From contig CAYOKJ010000001.1 of assembly GCA_964404485.1 (NCBI GenBank), positions 10,064 to 74,063 of the forward strand: 64,000 nucleotides of DNA, given 5' to 3'. The first letter of the stretch is position 1. The number at the start of each line of letters is the position of its first letter. The position numbers were made by a program, and so were the translations under genes. This stretch comes from an uncultured Bacteroidales bacterium. Its GTDB lineage: Bacteria > Bacteroidota > Bacteroidia > Bacteroidales > JAIORY01. Shown piece by piece: positions 9,021 to 18,893 of the stretch. Under the pieces are notes generated by a model. The model ran no database searches. It was not told the DNA's origin and saw only the letters and a list, made by a program, of their open reading frames with translations.

Positions 9021-11036
9021 TTACAAAATAATAAACTTTTTCCTGACAATCACAGAATCATCTGTCAATATATTCAGAATGTAAACTCCACGAGTTAGAT
9101 TAGAAATATCCACAGCATTTCCTGAATAATTATCTTGTTTTAGCATCAATTTACCTTCAACGGTATAAATTGCAAGTTGTGCATTTTTAATACCTGTAAT
9201 ATAAAGTTGGTCTTTAACAGGATTTGGAAATAAATTAATAAGAGGCATTGGTTGTTGTTCCGTTGTTCCAGCAAAACCTGTGTAATTGATCAAATAAGTT
9301 TTTGTTGTAATTAAATCCTCGGCATACACAATGATATTTGCAGTTCCCGGTAATTGAAACGCCTGATTTATAATAGTTAGTGCACTATCATCCATAGTTT
9401 CAACCTGGATAACAGGTTCAACAACAACTCCCAATGGAAGTATTACATCGTATTGATAAATATCGGGATCAAAACCTTCAAGTGGTACTCCGTCAAGAGT
9501 AATTTCACTTAATCTTGCCTCTGAAGAATATATGATTCCATCATAACCATAATCAGTTTGCAACATTTCTTTAGATGAATAATCCTGAATTATTACAGCT
9601 ACCAGAAGATCATCATATTCTTCAACATTTGTTGAGGAAAGGTCATAATTATAAGTTAATTCAATCGGATTTTCATTTTCAAGATTCATACTGGCACCAC
9701 CGGCATCAGGAAACATTTTCATCATTACGTGATGGAATTCGGTTTCGCCATTAGAACCAACATTACCTGTTGTAATCTTTTCTAAAACAATAGTAAAAAT
9801 TCTTTTGGTTCCGTAAGTTTGAAAAGGTAAAATATTAGTTGTGATATCAATATCAGTTCCGTTTATCTCAAAAGATGATGCAATAAGAATATTTGATGTT
9901 AACTCACTTGCATTGTTAAATGCTGATTGTACTGCTGATGTATTTGTACCTACTTGCGAGCCATTACAGTATAAGTCGGGAACATAAGAAACCCCATAAT
10001 AGCTTTTTCTAACACCACCTTCGGCAGTATAATATATATCGCCTGAACCAGGCCAGTTCATTTGATATTTTACCAGTGTAATTTCATCTTCGTGAGTTTG
10101 ACACCATGGTACAAAGGAATTATTAAAACCGGTACATGGTCCACAAGTTGAACTTGTGAATTCTTCAAAGCAGGGTTTTTGTGGTATCGAATACGCAATT
10201 CGTTCAATGGTTTTTGTTAGTGTATCATTTTCTTGATTATCATCTGATATTCCATTTACACTATTAATCCACATTGTAACATCATAAGATCCGAAAGGAG
10301 ATACCCACATTTGGCCAAAATTGAACTCAAATCCATCAAGAAGCTCTAAAGACAGTCCTGTAAAAGTAGAATCATATACCATTCCGGTATAAGATTGCCA
10401 GGAAACACTTACTTCGTTAATAGTAGTTGCTCCTAAATTTTTTACTACTCCTATAACCTCTTCCGGACCGGAAACAGGACTCGGAATCATTATATTTGAC
10501 ATTTGACCATCAAGGTTTGGTGGATTAAACAATACAACATCATCAATATACCAATTATTAATATTTCCTAAATCTCCGGTAACATAAAAACAAAATCTAA
10601 ATTGATTAGTACCTACATTTTCATCAGCAATAATTATTTGAATTTCTTCAGGCCCCTGACTTGAGTTTGGAGAGATTTCCCAAACAGATTGCCATCCTGT
10701 AACGCCTTTTGTTGCAACACCAACAGCAGGACCAGAGCCAGAATTATCATCGTAATAATGTTTAAAAAGTAAAATTACTGTATCAACAGAGCTAAGGTCA
10801 ATAACTGGGGAGATTAATCTTGCAGTACTAGTAGAATTAAATCCTTCGAAACGGGCTTCAGGAGATGATCCGCCTGCATTTGCTGTATTACCGGAAGACC
10901 AACCTGTTCCAATTGGTAATGCAATCCAACCGTCAGGAGGAACTTGTCCACTACTAAAATCTTCAGAAAGATATGTTTGACTGAAAAGGGGTATGCTAAT
11001 CATTAGCACAATAAATAAACTTAAAAAATTTTTCAT
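9021..11036 (-). CDS. T9SS type A sorting domain-containing secreted protein with a central thioredoxin-like/Omp28-like CGPC region
   Basis: 671 aa. Signal peptide; N-terminal choice-of-anchor-like region (YLSEDFSSGQVPPDGW); central FEEFTSSTCGPCTGF...YYGVSYVPDLYCNG; C-terminal T9SS CTD (LFPNPVKDQLYI...GVYILNI). Confidence 0.75.
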   Translation of the reverse strand: MKNFLSLFIVLMISIPLFSQTYLSEDFSSGQVPPDGWIALPIGTGWSSGNTANAGGSSPEARFEGFNSTSTARLISPVIDLSSVDTVILLFKHYYDDNSGSGPAVGVATKGVTGWQSVWEISPNSSQGPEEIQIIIADENVGTNQFRFCFYVTGDLGNINNWYIDDVVLFNPPNLDGQMSNIMIPSPVSGPEEVIGVVKNLGATTINEVSVSWQSYTGMVYDSTFTGLSLELLDGFEFNFGQMWVSPFGSYDVTMWINSVNGISDDNQENDTLTKTIERIAYSIPQKPCFEEFTSSTCGPCTGFNNSFVPWCQTHEDEITLVKYQMNWPGSGDIYYTAEGGVRKSYYGVSYVPDLYCNGSQVGTNTSAVQSAFNNASELTSNILIASSFEINGTDIDITTNILPFQTYGTKRIFTIVLEKITTGNVGSNGETEFHHVMMKMFPDAGGASMNLENENPIELTYNYDLSSTNVEEYDDLLVAVIIQDYSSKEMLQTDYGYDGIIYSSEARLSEITLDGVPLEGFDPDIYQYDVILPLGVVVEPVIQVETMDDSALTIINQAFQLPGTANIIVYAEDLITTKTYLINYTGFAGTTEQQPMPLINLFPNPVKDQLYITGIKNAQLAIYTVEGKLMLKQDNYSGNAVDISNLTRGVYILNILTDDSVIVRKKFIIL

Positions 11037-11105
11037 AATATTTTAGTTTTTGTCTAATTTTAGCTACTAATGCAAACAAAAATAGAAACTATATTCATTT
11101 TTTCC

Positions 11106-11152
11106 AAAAAAAAAGGTCATTTAGAAAGATTATAAATATTTCTAAATGACCT
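11106..11152 (-). terminator. rho-independent terminator of the S46 peptidase gene
   Basis: Perfect 14-bp stem AGGTCATTTAGAAA (11114-11127) / TTTCTAAATGACCT (11139-11152), 11-nt loop. The A9 run on the plus strand is a U-run on the minus-strand transcript. Confidence 0.7.
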
Positions 11153-11179
11153 CAAAGAGATTATGAAAAAAAAATAATA

Positions 11180-13438
11180 TTATTCTACTTCCACAAGCTC
11201 AGAAGTTTCAACTTTTATTTCTTCTGTTTTTGTTTCTTCTGCTTTTAATTTTGAGTGTTTTTCTTTAACAATAGTTAGCTCATTAATAAGATTTTGAGCT
11301 CCGGCATATTTGTCGATAATAAAAAGCACATATCTAATATCAACACATATAGTCCTTTGAAGTTCTGGCTCAAAAGCAATATCCCCACTCATGGCTTCCC
11401 AGTTTCCATCAAAAGCAAGTCCGATTAATTCGCCATTAGCATTAATAACAGGGCTTCCTGAATTTCCACCTGTAATATCATTTGTAGTAAGGAAGCAAGT
11501 TACCAATTTTCCATCTTTAGCATAAGGACCATAATCTTTCTTTTGATAAAGTTCTTTGAGTTTTTTCTCAACTATGAATTCATCGTTTTCAGGATCTTCT
11601 TTTTCCATCACACCATCAATAGTTGTAACGTAATCATAATGAACAGCATCAGCAGGATAATAATCTTGGATTGAACCATAAGACAAGCGCATTGTTGAAT
11701 TTGCATCAGGATAATAAACTTTGTCCGGATTCATTTCTCTTAAACCAGCAACAAACAATCGATTACCTGAGGAAACCAGAGTTTGACTTGCACCATAGTT
11801 TCCACCAAACTTCATTAAAGTAGCAAATAATTCTTTTGATAAAATCATTGCAGGATCTTTTTTAAGCTTTTTATATTTGGGATTATCAAGAAATTCGTTA
11901 ACAACAGCCGTATTAGAAAGAACTGATTTTTCAAAAACATACTTAGCTAAATCTATAAAATTACCTTTAAATTTTGCAATCATTTTTCTGAGGTATTCCG
12001 GTTGCATTTCAACAGAAGTATTTTTACAATAAAGTTCAAGCATTGCAGCCATTACTTTCATGTCAGTTGGTTCATTATAATTTTTAAAATGTCCTTCTGT
12101 GCCTGCTTTTAATTTTTCAATAGCTTTATTTATTGCTTCTTCATTTTCTTTTTTATCTTCAAGAAGACCTAATAAACCATTAAATTGACGAGTATAAGAT
12201 AAAATTTCGGAGCCATTAATGGCAAAATTTGTATATATCAATGGTTTGAAATTCTCAGCCATTTGTTTGTATCCTTCGTTAATATCATTCAGAGCATTTC
12301 CATATTTAGCTTTTCTGTCAGTATCAGCATCAACCCATTTTGTAAAATTATTTTCAATAACTGTTTTTTTATCAAAAACTTTGAGTTTTTTTAAGCCTCT
12401 TGATTGTCCGATAAATAATTTCCATGCATTAGCAATTCCGGCATATTTGGAAGCATATTGAATTTTAACTTTTTTATCAACATCCATATCTTCTTTCCAG
12501 ATTTCAAGTTGAGTTCCAAAAACATCAATAAGGAAAGGATAAAAATTATTCAGTTTAAACTCAATTCCCGAAGAAGTAAGAAATCTTTCTGTTCCACCAG
12601 GATATCCCCAAATCATGGTAAAGTCATCTTTTTCAAAACCGGCAATAGAAATAGGTAAATGGTGTTTTGGTTTTAAGGGAATATTTTCTTTTGAATATTT
12701 TGCAGATGATCCATCCGGTGCAGAATAAACTCTGAAAATTGAAAAATCACCTGTATGACGAGGCCACATCCAGTTGTCGGTATCTCCACCGTATTTTCCA
12801 ACAGATGAAGGAGGAGCTCCTACAAAACGAACATCATCATAAGTTGTGTAAACAAACATATAATATTCATTTCCAGCAAAAAAACTTTTTACAACTGCAT
12901 TGTATTTTCCGTCTTCCGAAGCAATTTTTTCATATTTACCTTTAAGTTTTCCAACTATTTCAGATCTATCAGCTTCTGACATTGTATCTGATAAAAAGGG
13001 CATGATACTGTCGGTAAGATTTTCCATTCTGATAAGAAATGAAGCTGACATATTTTTATTTGGCAATTCTTCATCATGGGTTTCAGCCCAAAAACCATTG
13101 GTTAGATAATCATGCTCTACAGTACTGTGTTTTTGAATATAGCTAAAACCACAATGGTGATTGGTGAATAAAAGTCCTTGGTCAGAAACGATTTCTCCTG
13201 TACAGAAAAATCCTTGTGCACCTCCACCGGATAAACCAACAATAGCATCTTTAAGACTTGAGTTGTTTATGCTGTAAATTTCTTCAGCAGTAAGTTGCAA
13301 GCCCATTTTCTCCATGTCAGTATAATTCAGTCGCTCAACAAACATTGGCAACCACATCCCTTCATCAGGCGGATTAAAACCATAAGAATTAATTCCAATA
13401 ACAAAAAATGTTATCAATACAAATAAAAAAATTTTCAT
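11180..13438 (-). CDS. S46 family peptidase (dipeptidyl-peptidase 7-type)
   Basis: 752 aa. Signal peptide, DEGMWLP hallmark, TNHHCG (His), GGNSGSPV (Ser), and FDGNWE with Gly at Ser+18. Confidence 0.9.
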   Translation of the reverse strand: MKIFLFVLITFFVIGINSYGFNPPDEGMWLPMFVERLNYTDMEKMGLQLTAEEIYSINNSSLKDAIVGLSGGGAQGFFCTGEIVSDQGLLFTNHHCGFSYIQKHSTVEHDYLTNGFWAETHDEELPNKNMSASFLIRMENLTDSIMPFLSDTMSEADRSEIVGKLKGKYEKIASEDGKYNAVVKSFFAGNEYYMFVYTTYDDVRFVGAPPSSVGKYGGDTDNWMWPRHTGDFSIFRVYSAPDGSSAKYSKENIPLKPKHHLPISIAGFEKDDFTMIWGYPGGTERFLTSSGIEFKLNNFYPFLIDVFGTQLEIWKEDMDVDKKVKIQYASKYAGIANAWKLFIGQSRGLKKLKVFDKKTVIENNFTKWVDADTDRKAKYGNALNDINEGYKQMAENFKPLIYTNFAINGSEILSYTRQFNGLLGLLEDKKENEEAINKAIEKLKAGTEGHFKNYNEPTDMKVMAAMLELYCKNTSVEMQPEYLRKMIAKFKGNFIDLAKYVFEKSVLSNTAVVNEFLDNPKYKKLKKDPAMILSKELFATLMKFGGNYGASQTLVSSGNRLFVAGLREMNPDKVYYPDANSTMRLSYGSIQDYYPADAVHYDYVTTIDGVMEKEDPENDEFIVEKKLKELYQKKDYGPYAKDGKLVTCFLTTNDITGGNSGSPVINANGELIGLAFDGNWEAMSGDIAFEPELQRTICVDIRYVLFIIDKYAGAQNLINELTIVKEKHSKLKAEETKTEEIKVETSELVEVE

Positions 13439-13853
13439 TTCAATTTTGTTTTATGACCTCTATTTTGGGTCGATTTATAATTAATTTGTTTACAAAAATA
13501 AGAAACAAAATCCCGAAAATCATAAATTTGTTATGCTTTCAGGATTTTGCAAATTAAATTACACTATTGAACTTTTCTTATTTCAACCAACAAAATAAAC
13601 AGAAAAGAACTTCGCTGAAATATATTTAACCATACATATTAATTTTCTAAAATCGTGCCATAAAAACATATGACTTAAAATCACACAATTAAGAAGTATG
13701 CTTAAAATTTCAAGAGGTCTTATTTGTTCGATATCAAACAATGATTGTTCGGTAGCGAACGGCTAATTATATTTTGTGGCTGAATCTAAAATGTCATATT
13801 TTTAACAATTTAAAATTTTAGAATTCAGATTTAAAATTTATTTATTTTTCCAT

Positions 13854-13947
13854 CTCAAATCATTATTCGTTAATCGTTATTCTTTTTTTTAATTCTTTCT
13901 GAATTTCGAACTCCGAACACCGATTAACGATTTTTGATTTTTTTTCT
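13854..13947. repeat. intergenic repeat modules A (13854-13876) and B (13921-13947), shared in inverted orientation with 50812-50863
   Basis: Module A is CTCAAATCATTATTCGTTAATCG. Module B is CGATTAACGATTTTTGATTTTTTTTCT. Exact reverse complements occur at 50812-50834 and 50837-50863. Confidence 0.85.
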
Positions 13948-14104
13948 TAGTGAAATCCTATAACCCAAGAGTTTCAAGTCCCTGTTCGTAAATAATATCC
14001 ACAGGATAAAAATTTGCTCTTTTTGGTTTTACACCTCAACCCTCAACAGATAGTTTGTTATCTAAAAACTAATATTGCTTTTGGTGGTATATATTCCAAT
14101 ATTT

Positions 14105-15196
14105 TTAATTAGTTTGTTTAATCAAAGACTTAATTTTATCCTCTTTAGTTAGTCCTGATTTAATTTGAATGTTTATTCCATCAGAAAGACCGGTTTCTAC
14201 AAGTCGTTTTTCAAATTGTTGTGGGGCAACTTCCACTTCAACATAAGTTGTATCATCTTCAAATTTGAGCAAACTTTCTTTAATTGCAAGAACATTTTCG
14301 ACTTTTCCAAGTACAATATCTGCATTAGCACTATAACCCGCTCTGATAAATTCATCATCCTGTAACTTTACATTAGCTTTTATCTTGAATTGTATAGCTC
14401 CATTTTCTTCAACACCTTTTGGAGAAATATGTTCAAGAGTTGCATTAAATTTTACATTTTCAATTGCGCCAATTGTCATTATAAGGGGCATACCTTCTTT
14501 TATTTTTCCTACTTCGGTTTCATCAATATTTCCTTCAAATATCATATCACTCATATCGGCAACATTTGCAATTGTAGTTCCCGGATTAAAGGTGTTACTT
14601 TCGATAACGGAATTACCAATTTTTACCGGAACATCTAGCACCATTCCATCAATTGTTGAGCGAATTATTGTGTTTGTAGGTTTTTTTGAATCTTTTGTTT
14701 GACCTTCTTTTATCAAGGCAAGATTATCTTCAGAGGCATTTTTTTCTTCGATAGCAGTATTATATATCAGTTCAAATTCCTCAAGTTGAACTTTTGCAAT
14801 TACTTTATTATTGAATAATTCTTTTTGTCTTTCGAGATTTATTCTTGCATTTTTTAGATTAATCTTCGAACGTTTTAATCTTGATTCTGCATTGTTAAGA
14901 TTTACCATGTTTGGAATAATTTTAACTTTTGCTATCAGGTCGCCTTTTTTAACCATCTCACCTGCCTCAACATAAAGTTCCTGAATAATTCCCGATACTT
15001 GTGGTTTAATTTCAATTTCTTTTCTCGGATCTACCGATCCGGTAGCCACAGTCTTTTTTATAATAGTTGTTTCAAATGCCATCGTGGTATCATATAGCAC
15101 AGGCTTGGTTTTTGATTTATTGTATAAATAATAAATCGTGTAGCCGAATACTCCTATAATTATTACTCCGAAAAAAATCTTCAAAAATGTTTTCAT
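14105..15196 (-). CDS. efflux transporter periplasmic adaptor subunit (HlyD/MacA-like)
   Basis: 363 aa. N-terminal anchor, biotinyl-lipoyl-like hairpin (VSGIIQELYVEAGEMVKKGDLIAKV), a coiled coil and a beta-barrel domain. Last gene of the ABC efflux operon. Confidence 0.85.
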   Translation of the reverse strand: MKTFLKIFFGVIIIGVFGYTIYYLYNKSKTKPVLYDTTMAFETTIIKKTVATGSVDPRKEIEIKPQVSGIIQELYVEAGEMVKKGDLIAKVKIIPNMVNLNNAESRLKRSKINLKNARINLERQKELFNNKVIAKVQLEEFELIYNTAIEEKNASEDNLALIKEGQTKDSKKPTNTIIRSTIDGMVLDVPVKIGNSVIESNTFNPGTTIANVADMSDMIFEGNIDETEVGKIKEGMPLIMTIGAIENVKFNATLEHISPKGVEENGAIQFKIKANVKLQDDEFIRAGYSANADIVLGKVENVLAIKESLLKFEDDTTYVEVEVAPQQFEKRLVETGLSDGINIQIKSGLTKEDKIKSLIKQTN

Positions 15197-15303
15197 TTCT
15201 ATTGTTGTTTAAAATGTATATATTATTTTAATTATTCTGTTTTTTTAACTTTAGCCACATCCTCCCGAAAATCTTAAGGATTAGTTTACTTTAGGTCCTT
15301 ATT

Positions 15304-16572
15304 TTACTCATCATGCAGAGCCTGAACCGGTCTGATGCTTACTGCTCTTTTTGCAGGTATTAATCCTGCAAAAGCTCCTGAAACAATTAATACTATCAGG
15401 GCAGACATAGCAACATTAAAATTAACTTCAGGGTTCATAAACATTTCGGTATTTGCACCTGAAGTAATCAACAAATAATCTATCAGCTCGACTAATCCAA
15501 CACCAACAACTAATCCCACATATCCGGAAATTGTAGTAAGGAAAACGGATTCAATAATTATTTGTGAAATAATATTTACCGGAGTAGCTCCGATAGCTCT
15601 CATAATTCCAATTTCTTTGGTTCTTTCCTTTACAACAATAAGCATTATATTACTTACCCCGATAACTCCTGCCAACAAAGTTCCAATCCCGACTATCCAA
15701 ATTAATCCGTTAATACCTTTGAACAAGCCATTCATTTTAATAAATTCTTTTTCAACGTTAAAATGACCTACAGCTCTTGTATCTTCTTGCGCAATATTAT
15801 GCCGACTTTTTACCAATGCAATAACTTTTTCTTCAACATCGGTAACAGGAACATTGTCAATTGATGTAATTGCAAACCATCCAATAACATCACCGTAATT
15901 ATATGCTTGTTGCAAAGTTGTAAGTGGAATAAAAATTGAATTGGATTCTCTTTCAACATCCCGACCTGATTTTTTTGATCGGAAAACACCAACAACTTTA
16001 AAATATACTCCTTGTATTCTTATATATTCTCCAATGGGGTTTTCACTAGCTTTAAATAAAACATCACGAACACGGTCTCCAATAACGGCAATTTTTCTTT
16101 TTTCATTAATATCAAGAATATTTAAAAATCTTCCTTCTAATATTTTTACAGGATCGATTTCAAAAATATCAGGATAATCACCAAAAATATTAAAAGCTCC
16201 GGTTTCGGTTCCTCTCACAACATTATCTGCGCCTCTGAATCCGCCACCTTGAAGTCGTGGAGCAATATTTTTTATTTCGGGAATACTTGTTTTTAAAGCT
16301 TCAACATCATCATTTTTAAAATTATAATGTCGCCCTCTTGGTAAACCTTTGTAAGGAACAGTTGTTCTTTGTGTCCACATAAACATGCTATTGGTGGCCA
16401 TATCTCCCATTCCTTGCTTGACACCATTTTCTAATCCTTTTCCCGAACCCAGCATTATCACCAACATAAATATTCCCCAGAAAACGCCAAATGCAGTAAG
16501 AAATGTACGTAACTTATTTTTTTTAAGTACGGTAAAAATTTCCTGCCATTTATCTATATCAAAAATATTCAT
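15304..16572 (-). CDS. ABC transporter permease (MacB-type, FtsX domain)
   Basis: 422 aa. MacB periplasmic core domain plus C-terminal FtsX-like 3-TM bundle (VKERTKEIGIMRAIGAT). Confidence 0.85.
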   Translation of the reverse strand: MNIFDIDKWQEIFTVLKKNKLRTFLTAFGVFWGIFMLVIMLGSGKGLENGVKQGMGDMATNSMFMWTQRTTVPYKGLPRGRHYNFKNDDVEALKTSIPEIKNIAPRLQGGGFRGADNVVRGTETGAFNIFGDYPDIFEIDPVKILEGRFLNILDINEKRKIAVIGDRVRDVLFKASENPIGEYIRIQGVYFKVVGVFRSKKSGRDVERESNSIFIPLTTLQQAYNYGDVIGWFAITSIDNVPVTDVEEKVIALVKSRHNIAQEDTRAVGHFNVEKEFIKMNGLFKGINGLIWIVGIGTLLAGVIGVSNIMLIVVKERTKEIGIMRAIGATPVNIISQIIIESVFLTTISGYVGLVVGVGLVELIDYLLITSGANTEMFMNPEVNFNVAMSALIVLIVSGAFAGLIPAKRAVSIRPVQALHDE

Positions 16573-16649
16573 TAGTTTTTTTTATAATTAGTTTGATGAT
16601 TCTTGGTTTTCAAAACCTGAAACTTTAAATTTTAAGTTCCAAACTTTAT

Positions 16650-17885
16650 TTATTCATCTCTAAGTGCTTCAATTGGTTTAATACTTGCTGCTTTTCTTGC
16701 CGGGATAAATCCGGCAACAGCACCCGAAACTACCAAAAGAATGGTTGCACTAATTGCAACTCTTAAGTCAACACCGGGATTTTTAAAAAATGTATCTGAA
16801 TTTTCGAACATAGGCGAAATCAGCTCCATTAATCCAACTCCAAGCACTAAGCCTACATATCCTGCAAAAGCAGTAATTAATACAGACTCCTGGAGTATTA
16901 AACTGATTATTGAAAAAGGAGTTGCTCCCAAAGCTTTACGAACACCAATTTCTTTTGTCCGTTCTTTTACCACAATCATCATAATATTGCTTACACCAAC
17001 AATTCCGGCAATTATTGTTCCTGTTCCAATTATCCAGATAAACAATCTGATTGCGGCAAACAAATCAATAAACTGTTTATACTGTTCAACATTATTAAAA
17101 ATACTAACAGCTCTTAGATCTTCGGGATCAAAGTTATGACGCGCAGAAAGGTCATTTCTTACCTGGTCAACCATTCTGCGACTTTCTTCCACAGTTCCTT
17201 GCTGAGTGGTCATGTTAAAATTATTTATCTTGTTTCCATTATTAAAAACCACCTGTGCGGATGAAACTGGTAGATACACTCTTCGTTCATCGCGTTCGCC
17301 GCCAATATCGGAAAAAACTCCTACTACTTTAAACGGAATACCACTAACTTTAATGTATTTTCCCACTGCCGTCTCGTCTTTAAATAAAGCTTCCTTCACT
17401 ATTCTGCCAATAGTTGTTGACTTTCTATAATCTTCAATATCAAGATTATTTAAGAATCTTCCATTGATTATTTCCAAGTTTTCAACAAAGCCGTAATCGG
17501 GATGGCAACAAACGATATCGTAAGAGCCATATTCATTTTTATAAGATACTGTTGTATTTTGAAATATATTCAATCGTCCCGAAATATATTCAATTCCTTC
17601 AATATTATTTTTCGCTGATTCATAATCTTCATTTGTAAATTGTATTCTTCTTCCCGGTTTCATTCCTTTATAAGGAAGTGTAGTTTGACCCTGGGTTACC
17701 CAAATCCTGTTTACTGCATCACCCTGAAATTCGCTTTTTATTCCATTTTCGAGTCCATTACCTGATCCTAGCAAAACCATCAGCATAAAAATACCCCAAG
17801 CCACACTAAATCCCGTAAGAAAAGTTCTTAACTTATTTTTCCTGATAGTGTGGAAAATCTCCTGCCATTTATCCAGATCAAACAT
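16650..17885 (-). CDS. ABC transporter permease (MacB-type, FtsX domain)
   Basis: 411 aa. Paralogue of the preceding permease (VKERTKEIGVRKALGAT). Confidence 0.85.
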   Translation of the reverse strand: MFDLDKWQEIFHTIRKNKLRTFLTGFSVAWGIFMLMVLLGSGNGLENGIKSEFQGDAVNRIWVTQGQTTLPYKGMKPGRRIQFTNEDYESAKNNIEGIEYISGRLNIFQNTTVSYKNEYGSYDIVCCHPDYGFVENLEIINGRFLNNLDIEDYRKSTTIGRIVKEALFKDETAVGKYIKVSGIPFKVVGVFSDIGGERDERRVYLPVSSAQVVFNNGNKINNFNMTTQQGTVEESRRMVDQVRNDLSARHNFDPEDLRAVSIFNNVEQYKQFIDLFAAIRLFIWIIGTGTIIAGIVGVSNIMMIVVKERTKEIGVRKALGATPFSIISLILQESVLITAFAGYVGLVLGVGLMELISPMFENSDTFFKNPGVDLRVAISATILLVVSGAVAGFIPARKAASIKPIEALRDE

Positions 17886-17896
17886 CTATTCCCGAA

Positions 17897-18616
17897 TTAA
17901 TTTGTTGCAATATTCATTTCTTCAAGCCATTTTTTTCTGTCACCATTAGAAATATTTTTTTCGATAACTCCATCTTTTAATTTAATGATTCTGTCAGTCA
18001 TTGCGGCAATATCTCTTTCGTGAGTAACAATTATCATTGTCATTCCTTTTTTATTAACATCTTTCAAAACGTTCATAACTTCAATAGAAGTTTTTGAATC
18101 TAGCGCACCTGTGGGCTCATCGGCAAGAATAAGTTTTGGTTCAGAGATAAGTGCACGGGCAATTGCAAGACGTTGTTTTTGTCCACCTGAAAGCTCATTT
18201 GGAGTATGATCTGCCCATTCGCGTAATCCCATCATATCTAAATATTCAAGGGCAAGTTTATTTCTTTTACGACGACTGACTTTCTTATAATAAAGAGGAA
18301 GAGCAACATTTTCCATGGCATTTTTGAAAGGAATCAAATTAAAAGATTGGAAAACAAAACCAAGCATATTATTGCGGTAGTTAGCAGCCTTTGTTTCACT
18401 CAAATTTTTAATTAGTGTATTGTCGAGATAATAATCTCCTGCTTCATAAGTGTCGAGAATTCCAATAAGATTTAGAAGAGTGGATTTTCCAGAACCCGAT
18501 GAACCCATAATTGAAACTAATTCTCCCTGCTGAATTTTCAGATCAATACCTTTCAACACATGAAGACTATTTGTTCCGGTGTGATATGTTTTATTAATAT
18601 TATTTAATCTTATCAT
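17897..18616 (-). CDS. ABC transporter ATP-binding protein (MacB/LolD-type)
   Basis: Walker A GSSGSGKST, signature LSGGQKQR, Walker B ILADEPTGALD. Confidence 0.9.
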   Translation of the reverse strand: MIRLNNINKTYHTGTNSLHVLKGIDLKIQQGELVSIMGSSGSGKSTLLNLIGILDTYEAGDYYLDNTLIKNLSETKAANYRNNMLGFVFQSFNLIPFKNAMENVALPLYYKKVSRRKRNKLALEYLDMMGLREWADHTPNELSGGQKQRLAIARALISEPKLILADEPTGALDSKTSIEVMNVLKDVNKKGMTMIIVTHERDIAAMTDRIIKLKDGVIEKNISNGDRKKWLEEMNIATN

Positions 18617-18659
18617 TAGATAAATTTTTGAATGTACAATTCAATTTATAATTTGTTTA

Positions 18660-18786
18660 TTTTTACCACTTTCATGCCAAGTTTGGTTAAATGTTGATTG
18701 TTAAATACTTTCGATTTTTTTATGTTTCGATTTTTATTAGAAAATTGTTCGGTTTTTCTATAGTTGTGTGCGCAATCGTTCAATAA
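18660..18786 (-). promoter_or_regulatory. conserved upstream block A (homologous to 20838-20970) with a -24-like TGGCAT element
   Basis: Shares TTCATGCCA, TGTTCG(G)TTTTT and TTGTGTGC..AATCGT with block B at nearly equal spacing (93 vs 91 nt). Lies 45-170 nt upstream of the ABC ATPase start codon. Confidence 0.45.
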
Positions 18787-18818
18787 AAAACCCCACAAGA
18801 GCTTTGTCTCTCATGGGG
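18785..18818 (-). terminator. rho-independent terminator of the S9 peptidase gene
   Basis: The minus-strand transcript folds as CCCCATGAGAG-ACAAAG-CTCTTGTGGGG (5+4 bp stem with a 2-nt internal mismatch), followed by UUUUUUAUU. Confidence 0.6.
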
Positions 18819-18893
18819 TTTTAAATTTTTAGTTTTCAGTCCTCAGCTTTGAGTTTTACTGCAGACTGCAAATTTCATTTACTCTAAGTATTA

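Noticed and set aside
13439-14104. Search for a tRNA, rRNA or riboswitch in the 666-bp ORF-free gap (and in the gaps 20790-21091, 50716-51031, 63316-63593)
   Set aside because: I found no cloverleaf-compatible sequence, no conserved tRNA boxes, no rRNA-like stretch and no recognisable riboswitch core by eye. There are only short repeats and hairpins. A covariance-model scan would be needed to exclude small RNAs.
18664-18679. Calling TGGCATGAAAGTGGTA (and TGGCATGAAAATAGTT at 20845-20860) firm sigma-54 promoters
   Set aside because: The -24 half is good, but the near-invariant GC of the -12 element is GT in both. I kept it only as a hypothesis in the findings, not as a promoter feature.
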